From Armatimonadota bacterium (GTDB taxonomy: Bacteria > Armatimonadota > UBA5829 > JAUSEB01): a stretch of DNA of 44,872 bases. The position numbers and the translations under genes were made by a program. The notes under the pieces are model-generated. The model saw only the letters and a list, made by a program, of their open reading frames with translations. It was not told where the DNA came from and did no database searches. Shown here piece after piece: positions 1 to 8,534 of the stretch. The first letter of the stretch is position 1. Every line of letters begins with the position of its first letter. Location: the NCBI GenBank assembly GCA_030650495.1, contig JAUSEB010000004.1:1-44872 (forward strand), written 5' to 3'.

Positions 1-30
1 GATAGTGTAGTATTACATCAGCCATTATTG

Positions 31-59
31 TTTATAGCATTTGAGCGTATCATTGTCAA
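31..59 (-). promoter_or_regulatory. sigma70-type promoter for a gene left of the window
   Basis: Minus strand TTGACA-N17-TATAAA with TG upstream of the -10 (extended -10). Confidence 0.6.
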
Positions 60-102
60 GTGTTTTATACCATAGCGCCGCAAATAATAAACACGAGTTT
101 TA

Positions 103-741
103 TTAGCGGGATGTATTGCGCAGAGAGGCTGGATCGCTGACACCTTTGAGGGTAAGCATGCCGCCGTCGGAGCTGATCTCGGTGATCTGAGCCGGAAGAA
201 CTGAAGGTCCGAACGCGATATATGCGTTGATCATCTCGTCCACTTTGGCCGCTAATTGACCCGGCGCGGGGAGTTTTCCCACAGTGACCGAATCGGAGCG
301 AAAAGCAATTTTGCCGCCGGTCGCATGGGAGAGTTGTCCGCTTACGGTGACATAAACTCTTCTCCCGTGGAAAGTTACGTACCCGGACCCATTGACGCGA
401 TCTGACTGGAATTCTATTCGCGGCTTTTCAACTTTGCGATTTGCTAAAACACCGGCGGCGGACTTGTCCGTTCGTAGAAAGTTGGTAGCGTCCTGCTGAG
501 CAATGCTTACCTGGAAGGATTTCTTCTCACCGGCTTTTGCGGCCTGGCTCGCTTCCTCCAATTCACGCTCGGCTGCTTCTATGGCCTGCCTGGCATGCTC
601 GGCTTCCGACCATGTTATTATCTCCGGTTCTTCGGGAGGAGTGTATGTAGCGAGTCGTGCTGCGACGAGCAGTCCGATTATCAATATCCCTGCCGCCAGA
701 TAAGCTATAGGTGATAGTTTCCTGCGTCTTGAAGACCTCAT
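103..741 (-). CDS. Membrane-anchored hypothetical protein (weakly DUF2140/LmeA-like)
   Basis: 212 aa ORF; basic N-terminus, one hydrophobic helix, coiled segment, beta-rich C-terminal part. Confidence 0.65.
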   Translation of the reverse strand: MRSSRRRKLSPIAYLAAGILIIGLLVAARLATYTPPEEPEIITWSEAEHARQAIEAAERELEEASQAAKAGEKKSFQVSIAQQDATNFLRTDKSAAGVLANRKVEKPRIEFQSDRVNGSGYVTFHGRRVYVTVSGQLSHATGGKIAFRSDSVTVGKLPAPGQLAAKVDEMINAYIAFGPSVLPAQITEISSDGGMLTLKGVSDPASLRNTSR

Positions 742-787
742 TTGTGTTTTTGAGACTCCACCCGAATAGTTTTCACCTCACCGCGCC

Positions 788-854
788 CGGCGCCTTCGGC
801 ACCGGCATCGGCAGCAGGCTACCGATGCAACAGACTTCTAACTTCTAACTTCTA
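788..854 (+). repeat. 44-bp double-hairpin REP-like element (family A, copy 1) followed by (ACTTCTA)x3
   Basis: CGGCGCCTTCGGCACCGGCATCGGCAGCAGGCTACCGATGCAAC at 788-831 recurs at 22781-22824 and, inverted, at 5785-5828; heptamers at 834-854. Confidence 0.85.
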
Positions 855-859
855 AACCC

Positions 860-1522
860 TCAACCCGTCCCCATAAACACCGCTCTCAGCTGTGGCTCAA
901 GATCCGATTCGACAAGCGCTATCACGCTGTCATGCATCTCCAGTTCGGTATTAACATGCGGAATAAGCGCATGATCGTCCCGGACGATTGAAATAATGAG
1001 CGTGTTCGGCGGAAGCCCCAGTTTGCCGATTTCCTTGCCGACCACCGGCGACTCCTCGCCCAAATCGATTTCCACTATCTCGATGTTGCCCCGCTTGAGA
1101 GCGGCGATCGGGAACATATGGTCGGTCTCGATCTGCTGCTCGATCAGATTGAATATTATCTTAGTGCTGCTGACCGTCTCATCTATACCCAAACGTTGGA
1201 AAATCTCCTCGTTTTCGGGGTTATTTACGCGCGCTATGGTTCGCGGCGCTTTGAAGCGATGTTTCGCCATCTGGCAGATCACTAAATTATCTTCATCGTC
1301 TCCGGTAGTCGCGACGACCACGTCCGCCCGCTCCATACCGTACTGTTTCATCGTCCGCACTTCGCATGCATCCCCGCGGACCGCGACTTCGCCCAGTTCC
1401 TCAAACAACTTCTCCGCCCGCCCCCTGTCTTTCTCTATCAGAACGACCTCATGCCCCGCGCTCATGAGACCTTTGGTCAGGTAATAGCCTACCCTGCCGC
1501 CGCCGCCTATTATAATGAACAT
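860..1522 (-). CDS. trkA: TrkA/CeoC-family K+ transport regulatory subunit (RCK_N + RCK_C)
   Basis: Rossmann motif IIGGGGRVG; DVVVATTGDDEDNL; IARVNNP; C-terminal RCK_C (SPVVGKEI..L.LP). Confidence 0.9.
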   Translation of the reverse strand: MFIIIGGGGRVGYYLTKGLMSAGHEVVLIEKDRGRAEKLFEELGEVAVRGDACEVRTMKQYGMERADVVVATTGDDEDNLVICQMAKHRFKAPRTIARVNNPENEEIFQRLGIDETVSSTKIIFNLIEQQIETDHMFPIAALKRGNIEIVEIDLGEESPVVGKEIGKLGLPPNTLIISIVRDDHALIPHVNTELEMHDSVIALVESDLEPQLRAVFMGTG

Positions 1523-1539
1523 CTTCTATCCTCCATACC

Positions 1540-1998
1540 CTAAAAGTTCAACTCGTCTTCTATTTCGCAGTATTCCAACACCGGACGCGGCTCCTTGCCA
1601 AGCAGGAAATCCGTCATCAGACCGGCGCCTATGGAAGTAGTGCACAGCGTCTCGATGCCGAGTTGGTGATAAGCGGTCGCCCGGACGGGATCGTATATTC
1701 TGGCCAAGACTTTCGGCGCTTTGAAGATTTCTTTGGCTATCTGAACCGACATTATATTGGTGTTGTCGCCGTTGGTCACCGCGACAAACGCGTCCGCGGT
1801 TTCTATGCCGGCCTTTTTCAGCACATCCACTTCTGTTCCCGACCCGACAATCGTGCGTATATTGGGGTCAGGCTCGCTGCCCAAACGACGAAAAGAGTCC
1901 GCGTTCCAGTCGATAATCGTCACGCTATGACCTTCACGGGACAACATGCGGGCCATGGTCGAGCCGACTCTCCCACAGCCTAATATGACTACCTTCAT
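1540..1998 (-). CDS. trkA: TrkA/CeoB-family NAD-binding subunit, RCK_N only
   Basis: MKVVILGCGRVG; DAFVAVTNGDNTNI; ARIYDP; ATG at 1998 with GGAGG upstream. Confidence 0.85.
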   Translation of the reverse strand: MKVVILGCGRVGSTMARMLSREGHSVTIIDWNADSFRRLGSEPDPNIRTIVGSGTEVDVLKKAGIETADAFVAVTNGDNTNIMSVQIAKEIFKAPKVLARIYDPVRATAYHQLGIETLCTTSIGAGLMTDFLLGKEPRPVLEYCEIEDELNF

Positions 1999-2061
1999 TA
2001 CTCTACGTCCCTCCGTCAACTTCTCTCACTAGAAATACGATGTTATAAGAAACCTGGTTCC

Positions 2062-2092
2062 AGCTTCGGGGTAAAAAGGTTCCCTAAGCATA
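2062..2092 (-). repeat. 31-bp TATGC-footed hairpin repeat (family B, copy 1)
   Basis: AGCTTCGGGGTAAAAAGGTTCCCTAAGCATA; 30/31 identical to 11282-11312; partial copy at 2428-2450. Confidence 0.8.
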
Positions 2093-2094
2093 CA

Positions 2095-2274
2095 TTAATG
2101 GCGGGTTAACATGATTGCGCGGAATAGCCCATAGATAACAGCCAGCGCGCCGAATACCATGCTCCCGGTCTGGCGTTCCGGCAGGCTGCTTATTATGAGC
2201 AGAATACCCGCTATGATAAGCCCAATGGAAATTATTAACCTGAATTTTCGTAACTGCTCGACGCGATCCGGCAT
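2095..2274 (-). CDS. Small two-helix membrane protein (59 aa)
   Basis: ATG at 2274 with GGAGG RBS and a near-consensus promoter upstream; two hydrophobic segments. Confidence 0.65.
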   Translation of the reverse strand: MPDRVEQLRKFRLIISIGLIIAGILLIISSLPERQTGSMVFGALAVIYGLFRAIMLTRH

Positions 2275-2302
2275 TTTAGCCTCCCTGAGCAAACATCAAC
2301 AG

Positions 2303-2331
2303 AGTATACCTCCGGGGGAAAGGCATGTCAA
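2303..2331 (-). promoter_or_regulatory. sigma70-type promoter of the small membrane protein/trkA unit
   Basis: TTGACA-N17-TATACT on the minus strand. Confidence 0.65.
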
Positions 2332-2340
2332 CGCGGATTT

Positions 2341-2372
2341 GGTTGTCGGTTGATGGTTGACGGTTGTCGGTT
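2341..2372. repeat. Heptamer tandem array (GGTTGNN)x4.5
   Basis: ggttgtc ggttgat ggttgac ggttgtc ggtt. Confidence 0.8.
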
Positions 2373-2427
2373 TCTATGCGTCGGAAGGCTTTTTGCGCCG
2401 ACGCAGGCTTTATATCTATAGCTGAGC

Positions 2428-2450
2428 GCTTCGGGGTAAAAAGCTTCCCT
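2428..2450 (-). repeat. Family B hairpin repeat, partial copy
   Basis: GCTTCGGGGTAAAAAGCTTCCCT identical to the core of 11282-11312. Confidence 0.75.
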
Positions 2451-2472
2451 CATAAGAAAACCTCCGTCGCGT

Positions 2473-2928
2473 TTACGTAAGTGAGATTAAAGTAACGAAT
2501 ATGGCAGTTGTTAACACTGTTGCAATTGCATAAACTTTCAGATGTCTATAATCTCGGCTTTTCTTGAGTTTTACGCCAATGAATGTGCCCCAAACGCCAA
2601 AAGCAACGAACGCCGCGAGAAGCGCAATTAATAGTATGTTATCAGCGGTTTCTGACTCTTGGGCATCATTTGTGAAAGACATAATCGCTGGGCTTGTTAA
2701 GATCGAAAGCATCCAGCCCAAGCATACCGGAACAAAAATCAACTGTGAGGATACAAGGCCAAGTAAAACGCCTGCGCCTGAGGCAAACAGGATGCCCGAT
2801 GCCCAGAATAGACCCGTTTCGATAGCGGAACTGGACCCGGTTGCGACAATCAAAGACATAAACCAGACCCCGCAGGCTACTACGCCGAACACAAGTGCGA
2901 GTAAAAAGCTCAAGATGATCTTACGCAT
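2473..2928 (-). CDS. Hypothetical integral membrane protein
   Basis: 151 aa with about 5 hydrophobic segments; AAAGGAG RBS; follows the UroD-like gene closely. Confidence 0.7.
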   Translation of the reverse strand: MRKIILSFLLALVFGVVACGVWFMSLIVATGSSSAIETGLFWASGILFASGAGVLLGLVSSQLIFVPVCLGWMLSILTSPAIMSFTNDAQESETADNILLIALLAAFVAFGVWGTFIGVKLKKSRDYRHLKVYAIATVLTTAIFVTLISLT

Positions 2929-2959
2929 CAGATCGATCTCCTTTTGGCTAGCATTAGTC

Positions 2960-4069
2960 TCACAGCATCGCCTCTGCCGCCGTCAGCCATTCCATATAAT
3001 TACGCTTGTAGGTATCAGTGCAGGGGATGTCGAAAGGCGTGCAAGTGGGGCTCATTATGTAACCAGTGCGACCGCCTACCGTTTTGGCAATCCCCTTAAC
3101 CCAAGTCGTAAAATAGCCTTCGGGAGCCGAATAGAAGTCCTGATCCTGCACGTGGCCCATAAGACAGATGGCGCCGCTGGCCTGGTTGAGCAGCTCGGAC
3201 AGTGAGATGTCACCCTGCGGCGGTGGCTCTATCGGTTCCAGCATATCGGCGCCTGTTTCGATCATCTGCTCGAACACCTGCCGCACACGACCGTGGCAGT
3301 GGATGGCGGCCAATTTGCCTGCTTTGTGCGCGACTTCGACTAATTGCCGCATATACGGCGTAACGAGCTCCGCGAATACGGACGGCGGGATCATCGGAGG
3401 CGTGCATAACTCCGGTCCGCTGGTGTGGAAAACGCAGTCCATATCGCCGGACGCAGCCACCACAAGCTTCATATTCTCCAGGCTACGCTCGAACGCCCAA
3501 TCGACCATCCGCTTGATCGAAGGCAAATCCGTAAGCGTGCGTATGCAGAAATCCTCATAGTGAAATAGTGACGCCATTTGATACATGGGATCGTCGAAGC
3601 CGAGCAGGATTATTCCTCTATCCCCAACAGACTTGTGGAGCGAGAACGCATTGCTCAGGTCATATTCCGGCGGTTCATAAGGCAGCGACATATACTTCTC
3701 GATGTCCTCATCGTCAGCAATAAGATGCTTCATCATCAATCCGGGCTTGTTCAGATAGTTGCGATACTCGCTTTTCAAATCACCTTTGGGCGTGTGGATT
3801 GTGGTCGTGACGATTCTTTCCTCGCCATTGATCTCCGTCACGGTATCGACAACACCTTCGGCTGGCCGCGAGAGACCAACGCCGGCTCCCACCGAGCTGA
3901 CTTTGATAACCACGCCCACGTTGGTCTCGATCTGCTCCATAATTTCGCAATAAGAAGCGTCGCGTGTATGATCGTTGTCCGAATAGGGATGGATATTATA
4001 GGTGGCGTACGGGACCCTATCCACCGCCCCTCGCCTTATTGCGGCTAACAGCCGTTCTTTTCTCGTCAA
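2960..4069 (-). CDS. Uroporphyrinogen decarboxylase (UroD/MtaA-like) family protein
   Basis: MTRKERLLAAIR...DRVP N-terminus; IHCHG; EPIEPPP; LMGHVQ; YIMSPTC are typical of the family. Confidence 0.8.
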   Translation of the reverse strand: MTRKERLLAAIRRGAVDRVPYATYNIHPYSDNDHTRDASYCEIMEQIETNVGVVIKVSSVGAGVGLSRPAEGVVDTVTEINGEERIVTTTIHTPKGDLKSEYRNYLNKPGLMMKHLIADDEDIEKYMSLPYEPPEYDLSNAFSLHKSVGDRGIILLGFDDPMYQMASLFHYEDFCIRTLTDLPSIKRMVDWAFERSLENMKLVVAASGDMDCVFHTSGPELCTPPMIPPSVFAELVTPYMRQLVEVAHKAGKLAAIHCHGRVRQVFEQMIETGADMLEPIEPPPQGDISLSELLNQASGAICLMGHVQDQDFYSAPEGYFTTWVKGIAKTVGGRTGYIMSPTCTPFDIPCTDTYKRNYMEWLTAAEAML

Positions 4070-4093
4070 TTTGGAAACCTCACTATCAGTTGT

Positions 4094-5587
4094 TCAGAAC
4101 AAATTTCCCGGATTCAGACGCCCGTCGGGATCAAATAGCATCTTTAACTCGCGCATTTGCTCGATGTCTTCATCATTGTACATCATCTTCAGGAACGGCG
4201 CTTTGAGCTTGCCGATGCCGTGCTCGGCGGAAACCGAACCTCCCATTTCCACAACACGCTTTGCCCAGGAGAGATACAGCGACTTGCCCCGCTCATACTC
4301 CTCCATATCGCGCGGCAGGATGTTCACATGCACGTGGTTGTTGCCGATGTGTCCGAATATCACCGACTCCAGCCCGTTCTCCTTCAAACCGGCGTTGTAC
4401 ATGTCCATCGCGGCTTCCAGGCTATCGTCAGGAACGGACATGTCGGTCCCCAGCTTGGTAAGATCGGGATTACTCCGTTTTCGCTCATCTATGAGCAAAT
4501 TCACCGCCTCAGGTGTAGCGTGGCGGAACGCCTTCAGCGGCTCCAACTCGCGGCTGTTGACGGCGTACCAGGTGTCCTCATCGCTTCCGCCAATCTCCAT
4601 AATTGCGTCCATAACCTGCATCACGGCTTCTTCGAGAGCTTCATCGCTATCTCCGTGAAACTCGATATATACCGCCGTGTGGTAGTGCGGCTTGAGGACT
4701 GGGATTTCGACGAACGCCGGGTTGTCCGATTTCATCCCGCGAAGCAAATTCAGCGCGTCGTGATTGAAATACTCTATCGCGACCGGACGTGAGGCTATCC
4801 CGCGCGCGAACCGTACGAACTTGAGCGCCGCTTCCTCCGAAGGCAGGAATATAGTCAAGCCGTTGATCGCCTTAGGTTTGGGAATCAGCCGCAATTCGAT
4901 CTCAGTGACTACCCCCAGTGTGCCTTCCATTCCGATGAACAGGGCGAGCATATCCATATCGTCGGCGACGAAATATCCCGCCGCGGACTTGACGTTCGGC
5001 TGGGTGTATGAGGGCAATTGGCCGGATATGACGCGGCCATCTTCAGTTGCAAGAGAGAACGACCGCCCGCTCGCGTGGCTCTCTCCTCTTGCAAGCGAGA
5101 GCATTGAACCGTCGCTAAGCGCCATACGAAGCGATTGCACCCAGTTGCGGGTCGAGCCGTAGGAGAAGGTCAACGCCCCGGAAGCATTTGCGGCGGCCAT
5201 GCCGCCGATGGAGCACGAAGTCTCAGTGGGATCGGGCGGGAAGAACAGACCCTGCGCCTCGACGACTTTGCGAATATCCGCAAGAGTGGCTCCCGGCTGA
5301 ACCGTCAGACTATGGCCGGAATCATCATTGCCGATTTCGCCGATCTTGTTCATCCGGCTCAGGTTCAAAACAAGCCCGCCATAAGGCACGGCTCCGGCGA
5401 CAAGTCCCGTCCGCGCCCCCTGCGTCGTAATGGCAACGCCCCGCGCCCGCGCTTCATTGATAACCTCGATGACCTCCGCCTCGGTCGCCGGAAACGCGAT
5501 GAAATCCGCCGTCCCCACCCGCCGCGACTCATCGCGCAGGTAGTCGGTGTATTCGTCACTCCAGGGTCTGATCAAGTCTTGGGCCAA
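4094..5587 (-). CDS. FAD-linked oxidoreductase, GlcD/D-lactate dehydrogenase family
   Basis: QGARTGLVAGAVP; FPPDP...SIGGM; GMEGTLGVV; FGHIGNNHVH; SAEHGIGK; FDPDGRLNPG. Confidence 0.9.
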   Translation of the reverse strand: MAQDLIRPWSDEYTDYLRDESRRVGTADFIAFPATEAEVIEVINEARARGVAITTQGARTGLVAGAVPYGGLVLNLSRMNKIGEIGNDDSGHSLTVQPGATLADIRKVVEAQGLFFPPDPTETSCSIGGMAAANASGALTFSYGSTRNWVQSLRMALSDGSMLSLARGESHASGRSFSLATEDGRVISGQLPSYTQPNVKSAAGYFVADDMDMLALFIGMEGTLGVVTEIELRLIPKPKAINGLTIFLPSEEAALKFVRFARGIASRPVAIEYFNHDALNLLRGMKSDNPAFVEIPVLKPHYHTAVYIEFHGDSDEALEEAVMQVMDAIMEIGGSDEDTWYAVNSRELEPLKAFRHATPEAVNLLIDERKRSNPDLTKLGTDMSVPDDSLEAAMDMYNAGLKENGLESVIFGHIGNNHVHVNILPRDMEEYERGKSLYLSWAKRVVEMGGSVSAEHGIGKLKAPFLKMMYNDEDIEQMRELKMLFDPDGRLNPGNLF

Positions 5588-5643
5588 TACGGTATTCTCC
5601 TCACTATCAAATGAATACTTCGATATACCCCGATAATACCCTT

Positions 5644-5790
5644 CGTCGTGCGTTGAGCGTCGTGCGTCGTTCGTAGTGCGTCGACCGTCGTGCGTGGCGC
5701 GTGGCGCGTAGTTCGTCGCGCGTGGTCCGTCGTGCGTGGTCCGTCGAGCGTCGACCGTCGTCCGTCGTTCGTGGTTCGTGGTTCGTTGCT
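5644..5790. repeat. Degenerate heptamer tandem array (CGTNGNN)x21
   Basis: 21 consecutive 7-mers with invariant CGT-N-G and variable positions 4, 6 and 7; no indels. Confidence 0.95.
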
Positions 5791-5828
5791 TCGGTAGCCT
5801 GCTGCCGAAGCCGGCGCCGAAGGCGCCG
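5785..5828 (-). repeat. Family A double-hairpin element, copy 2 (inverted)
   Basis: Reverse complement reads CGGCGCCTTCGGCGCCGGCTTCGGCAGCAGGCTACCGAAGCAAC. Confidence 0.85.
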
Positions 5829-5830
5829 AG

Positions 5831-5869
5831 TCCCCTCTCCCTTGACGGGAGAGGGTTAGGGTGAGGGTG
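5831..5869. repeat. CCCTCTCCC...GGGAGAGGGTTAGGGTGAGGG palindromic repeat
   Basis: Hairpin CCCTCTCCC-TTGAC-GGGAGAGGG plus G-rich tail; related half copy CTCACCCCAACCCTCTCC at 8338-8355. Confidence 0.7.
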
Positions 5870-5879
5870 ATAAAATCAC

Positions 5880-5933
5880 TTGAATACACTAAGACTTGTG
5901 GTATAATGATATTGCATATTTCGCAAATTGCGA
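5880..5933 (+). promoter_or_regulatory. TA operon promoter with putative operator palindrome
   Basis: TTGAAT-N16-TATAAT with TGn extension (5880-5907); inverted repeat TCGCAA-A-TTGCGA at 5921-5933. Confidence 0.6.
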
Positions 5934-5948
5934 TTTTCGGAGATTGTT

Positions 5949-6221
5949 ATGTTACTAAAACTCAGGAAGAACGCGCAGATCACGCTGCCAGCCCAAATCC
6001 GCAAGTCCGCGCATCTTGAAGAGGGGGATTTGCTCGACTGTGAGGTTCGGGAGGGGCATATCGTGCTGACCCCCAAGAAGCTCATAAACAAGAGTGACGC
6101 ATGGTTCTGGTCAAAACAGTGGCAGAAGGCGGAGGCCGAAGCCCAGAAGAACATCCAGACCGGCGACCTTCAGGAATTCGACACCGTGGACGATTTGCTG
6201 AAACACCTGAAGGGGGAGTAG
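5949..6221 (+). CDS. AbrB/MazE/SpoVT-family antitoxin
   Basis: QITLPAQIRKSAHLEEGD AbrB motif; C-terminal AWFWSKQWQ..E.EA..I..G...FD; ATG at 5949 after GGAG. Confidence 0.85.
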   Translation: MLLKLRKNAQITLPAQIRKSAHLEEGDLLDCEVREGHIVLTPKKLINKSDAWFWSKQWQKAEAEAQKNIQTGDLQEFDTVDDLLKHLKGE

Positions 6222-6222
6222 C

Positions 6223-6483
6223 GTGCGGTTTGTTATCACGAAAAGGTTCGCGGAAGCCTACCGCTCGCTGCCGGAAACCCTGCGTAAGAAAGCCAATAAA
6301 GCACTGCGCCTGCTCGTCGAAAACCCCAGGCATCCGTCGCTGCGCCTGAAGAAGATACAAGGCGCCGGTGGGATATGGGAGGCGAGGGTCGATAAAGCCT
6401 GCCGGATGACGCTGGAGATACACTCGGATTACTTCCTGCTGAGGAATATCGGGAAGCACGATGAGACGCTTGGGGAACCGTGA
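6223..6483 (+). CDS. RelE/ParE-superfamily toxin (type II TA)
   Basis: 86 aa basic protein; TKRFAEAYRSLP, NPRHPSL, IWEARV, NIGKHD; starts 1 nt after the antitoxin stop. Confidence 0.85.
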   Translation: MRFVITKRFAEAYRSLPETLRKKANKALRLLVENPRHPSLRLKKIQGAGGIWEARVDKACRMTLEIHSDYFLLRNIGKHDETLGEP

Positions 6484-6501
6484 TTTACCGATTCATATAT
6501 A

Positions 6502-7635
6502 CTAAGTATTGAACCCCATTTCATTGAGTATCATTTGGCGGGCTATATATTTTACTAATGGAAGATGGCGATATACTTCGTCAAGATTTAACATCTCTTC
6601 TGCTGGGCGAGCAGCAGGCCCCTCATTATCCAGGAAAGCATGAGCGACACCGTGTCTTATCGGACGTAGTATATTATCGCAGATATTTGTATAATTTTTA
6701 CCAATTGCCTGTTTCAACAGATCATGAGGTACGTGCTTATTCAGCCAATCTTCCTCTTGAAGTCGTTCTTGTGGAAAAGAGATAGATGCTCCGCTTGCCT
6801 TCGCTGCTTTATTACGTACTCTCCGTAATTCTCTCACCAACTCAATTACCTTGAAAAAACATAGGAACTGGTATACCGGGCTTGCAGTACCTAGAGCTTC
6901 TCTATATAGAACAAGAGGGTGGTATAGCTTCGGCACTTCTCCAACCACTGGTTCAAGTTTATTGTTTAGTGCCGAACGCTTGTACGGTGGATGGATAAAC
7001 TCACATATGTAAGTCCCTGACGATTTCTCCTCAACACGTATTCTGGCAATATCAATCGGCACATCACGTTCAAATGACAACTGAGTCAGAATCGCAGTCA
7101 AATGCTTGAGCGCAACACTCTCAGCATTTTCAAATGACTCAGCTTTGATAGTTGTATTAATATGAGACAATGATCCCGCCTCATTGGGATAACAGTAATA
7201 TATGATATTATTTGGCTTCACACTTCCGTCCATAAGCATAATATCCAAACGAACAAAAACTGATCCTATATCCTTCGATTGAATAGGTGGGTAAAGCGCA
7301 AGCAATGAATCTCCTTTTATATTTGGTCTGGTTTCAAATATCGTATCTGTAAGACATAACGCCGTAGGGGACCTCATTGTGAACTCAACTTCATATTCTC
7401 CTGTTGCACCATTGAGACGTTCAAGATCAACGCTTGATGGTATTGATGAGTTTGTAGGCTGAATCACCAACCTCTCTTTCCGTAGATAGCCGTGTGTTAG
7501 CATATCATCGGCTACTTTCTGATCGAGTGTGACATTCAGCGAATGCTGTTCAGGTGCTTTGTTGCCTATATAACAACAATGCTTGTACTTGCGTCCACTA
7601 CCACATGGACAAGGCTCATTTCTACCAATCTTCAT
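6502..7635 (-). CDS. SEC-C motif protein with MauJ/HEPN-like C-terminal domain
   Basis: KIGRNEPCPCGSGRKYKHCC; YREAL....PVYQFLCFFKVIE helix; RHGVAH (Rx4H); visibly AT-rich; alternative start at 7701. Confidence 0.7.
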   Translation of the reverse strand: MKIGRNEPCPCGSGRKYKHCCYIGNKAPEQHSLNVTLDQKVADDMLTHGYLRKERLVIQPTNSSIPSSVDLERLNGATGEYEVEFTMRSPTALCLTDTIFETRPNIKGDSLLALYPPIQSKDIGSVFVRLDIMLMDGSVKPNNIIYYCYPNEAGSLSHINTTIKAESFENAESVALKHLTAILTQLSFERDVPIDIARIRVEEKSSGTYICEFIHPPYKRSALNNKLEPVVGEVPKLYHPLVLYREALGTASPVYQFLCFFKVIELVRELRRVRNKAAKASGASISFPQERLQEEDWLNKHVPHDLLKQAIGKNYTNICDNILRPIRHGVAHAFLDNEGPAARPAEEMLNLDEVYRHLPLVKYIARQMILNEMGFNT

Positions 7636-7697
7636 ACTCTTATACTCACTCCTTCTTTGACGCCATCCCACACTAAAAATGGCGGATAGTCTCCAGC

Positions 7698-8306
7698 TCA
7701 TTCAATCTTCGCCCCGTAACACTGCGCGAAGTGAATAGCCTGTGTGATGTCCATTCGCGCGCCTTTAATGTCCGTGTTTCGCAAATCTACTTCGGTTAGT
7801 ATTGCGCCACGCATGTCCGCTCCATCCAACACGGCTTGCGCCAAATTGGCTCTCGTTAAATCCGAATCGCGCAAATCGGTTTCGGTGAGGTCGGCGCCGT
7901 AGAGGTCGGCTTCCACCAACTTGAGGCCGCGGAGGTCGAGGCAGCCCAGGTTCTGATGCCGCAGGCTTATCCACGACCAGTCGCAGTCCTTGACCGTAAC
8001 GCTGTTCAGGTCAGCGTCGATAAACACCGCGCCGAGCAGACGGCAGTTGTCTAACTTGGCCGCGAACAGGCTGGTCTTGGTGAAGGCGCTGTTGGTGAAA
8101 TAGCAGTCGGTGAACTCGGCGGAGTTAAGGCGGGCATTAGTGAAGTCGCACTCCTCGTACCGGCAGCCTTCCGCGCGGGCCTCGCTCAGTTTAACGCCGA
8201 CGAACCGGCAGCGCAGAAATTTGCAGCGTAGGAACTCCGTCTCTGACAAATCCTTCTCATCGAAGACCTGGTCTACGTATTCCGCGTCGGTCCAATTCTG
8301 CTCCAA
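7698..8306 (-). CDS. Pentapeptide repeat protein
   Basis: Continuous A[D/N]Lxx and C.F.. pentapeptide repeats; TTG start at 8306 after AAAGGA (track start 8342). Confidence 0.9.
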   Translation of the reverse strand: MEQNWTDAEYVDQVFDEKDLSETEFLRCKFLRCRFVGVKLSEARAEGCRYEECDFTNARLNSAEFTDCYFTNSAFTKTSLFAAKLDNCRLLGAVFIDADLNSVTVKDCDWSWISLRHQNLGCLDLRGLKLVEADLYGADLTETDLRDSDLTRANLAQAVLDGADMRGAILTEVDLRNTDIKGARMDITQAIHFAQCYGAKIE

Positions 8307-8534
8307 CCGGTGTTCCTTTCTATATATTGCGGAAGACCTCACCCCAACCCTCTCCTAAAATTTTCCGCCTGCGGCAGCGCAGCTATTATCCATCAGTTAG
8401 GGGAGTTGTGGCAATAGAATGAAGTGTATTGAGCGGAAACCTTCGGTCGGTTCATGTGCGGGGTCGGGAGACCCGCGCACAGCGATGTGTGGGGGAATCT
8501 ATGGCGGGGTATTAATTCTTGCTTCCGAACATCG

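Noticed and set aside
5644-5790. Possible CRISPR array
   Set aside because: Units are 7 bp and contiguous, with no 23-50 bp repeats, unique spacers or cas genes
5572-5889. 105-aa ORF with RTT-rich 7-residue periodicity
   Set aside because: It is the translation of the heptamer array and adjacent palindromes; no RBS or protein-like composition
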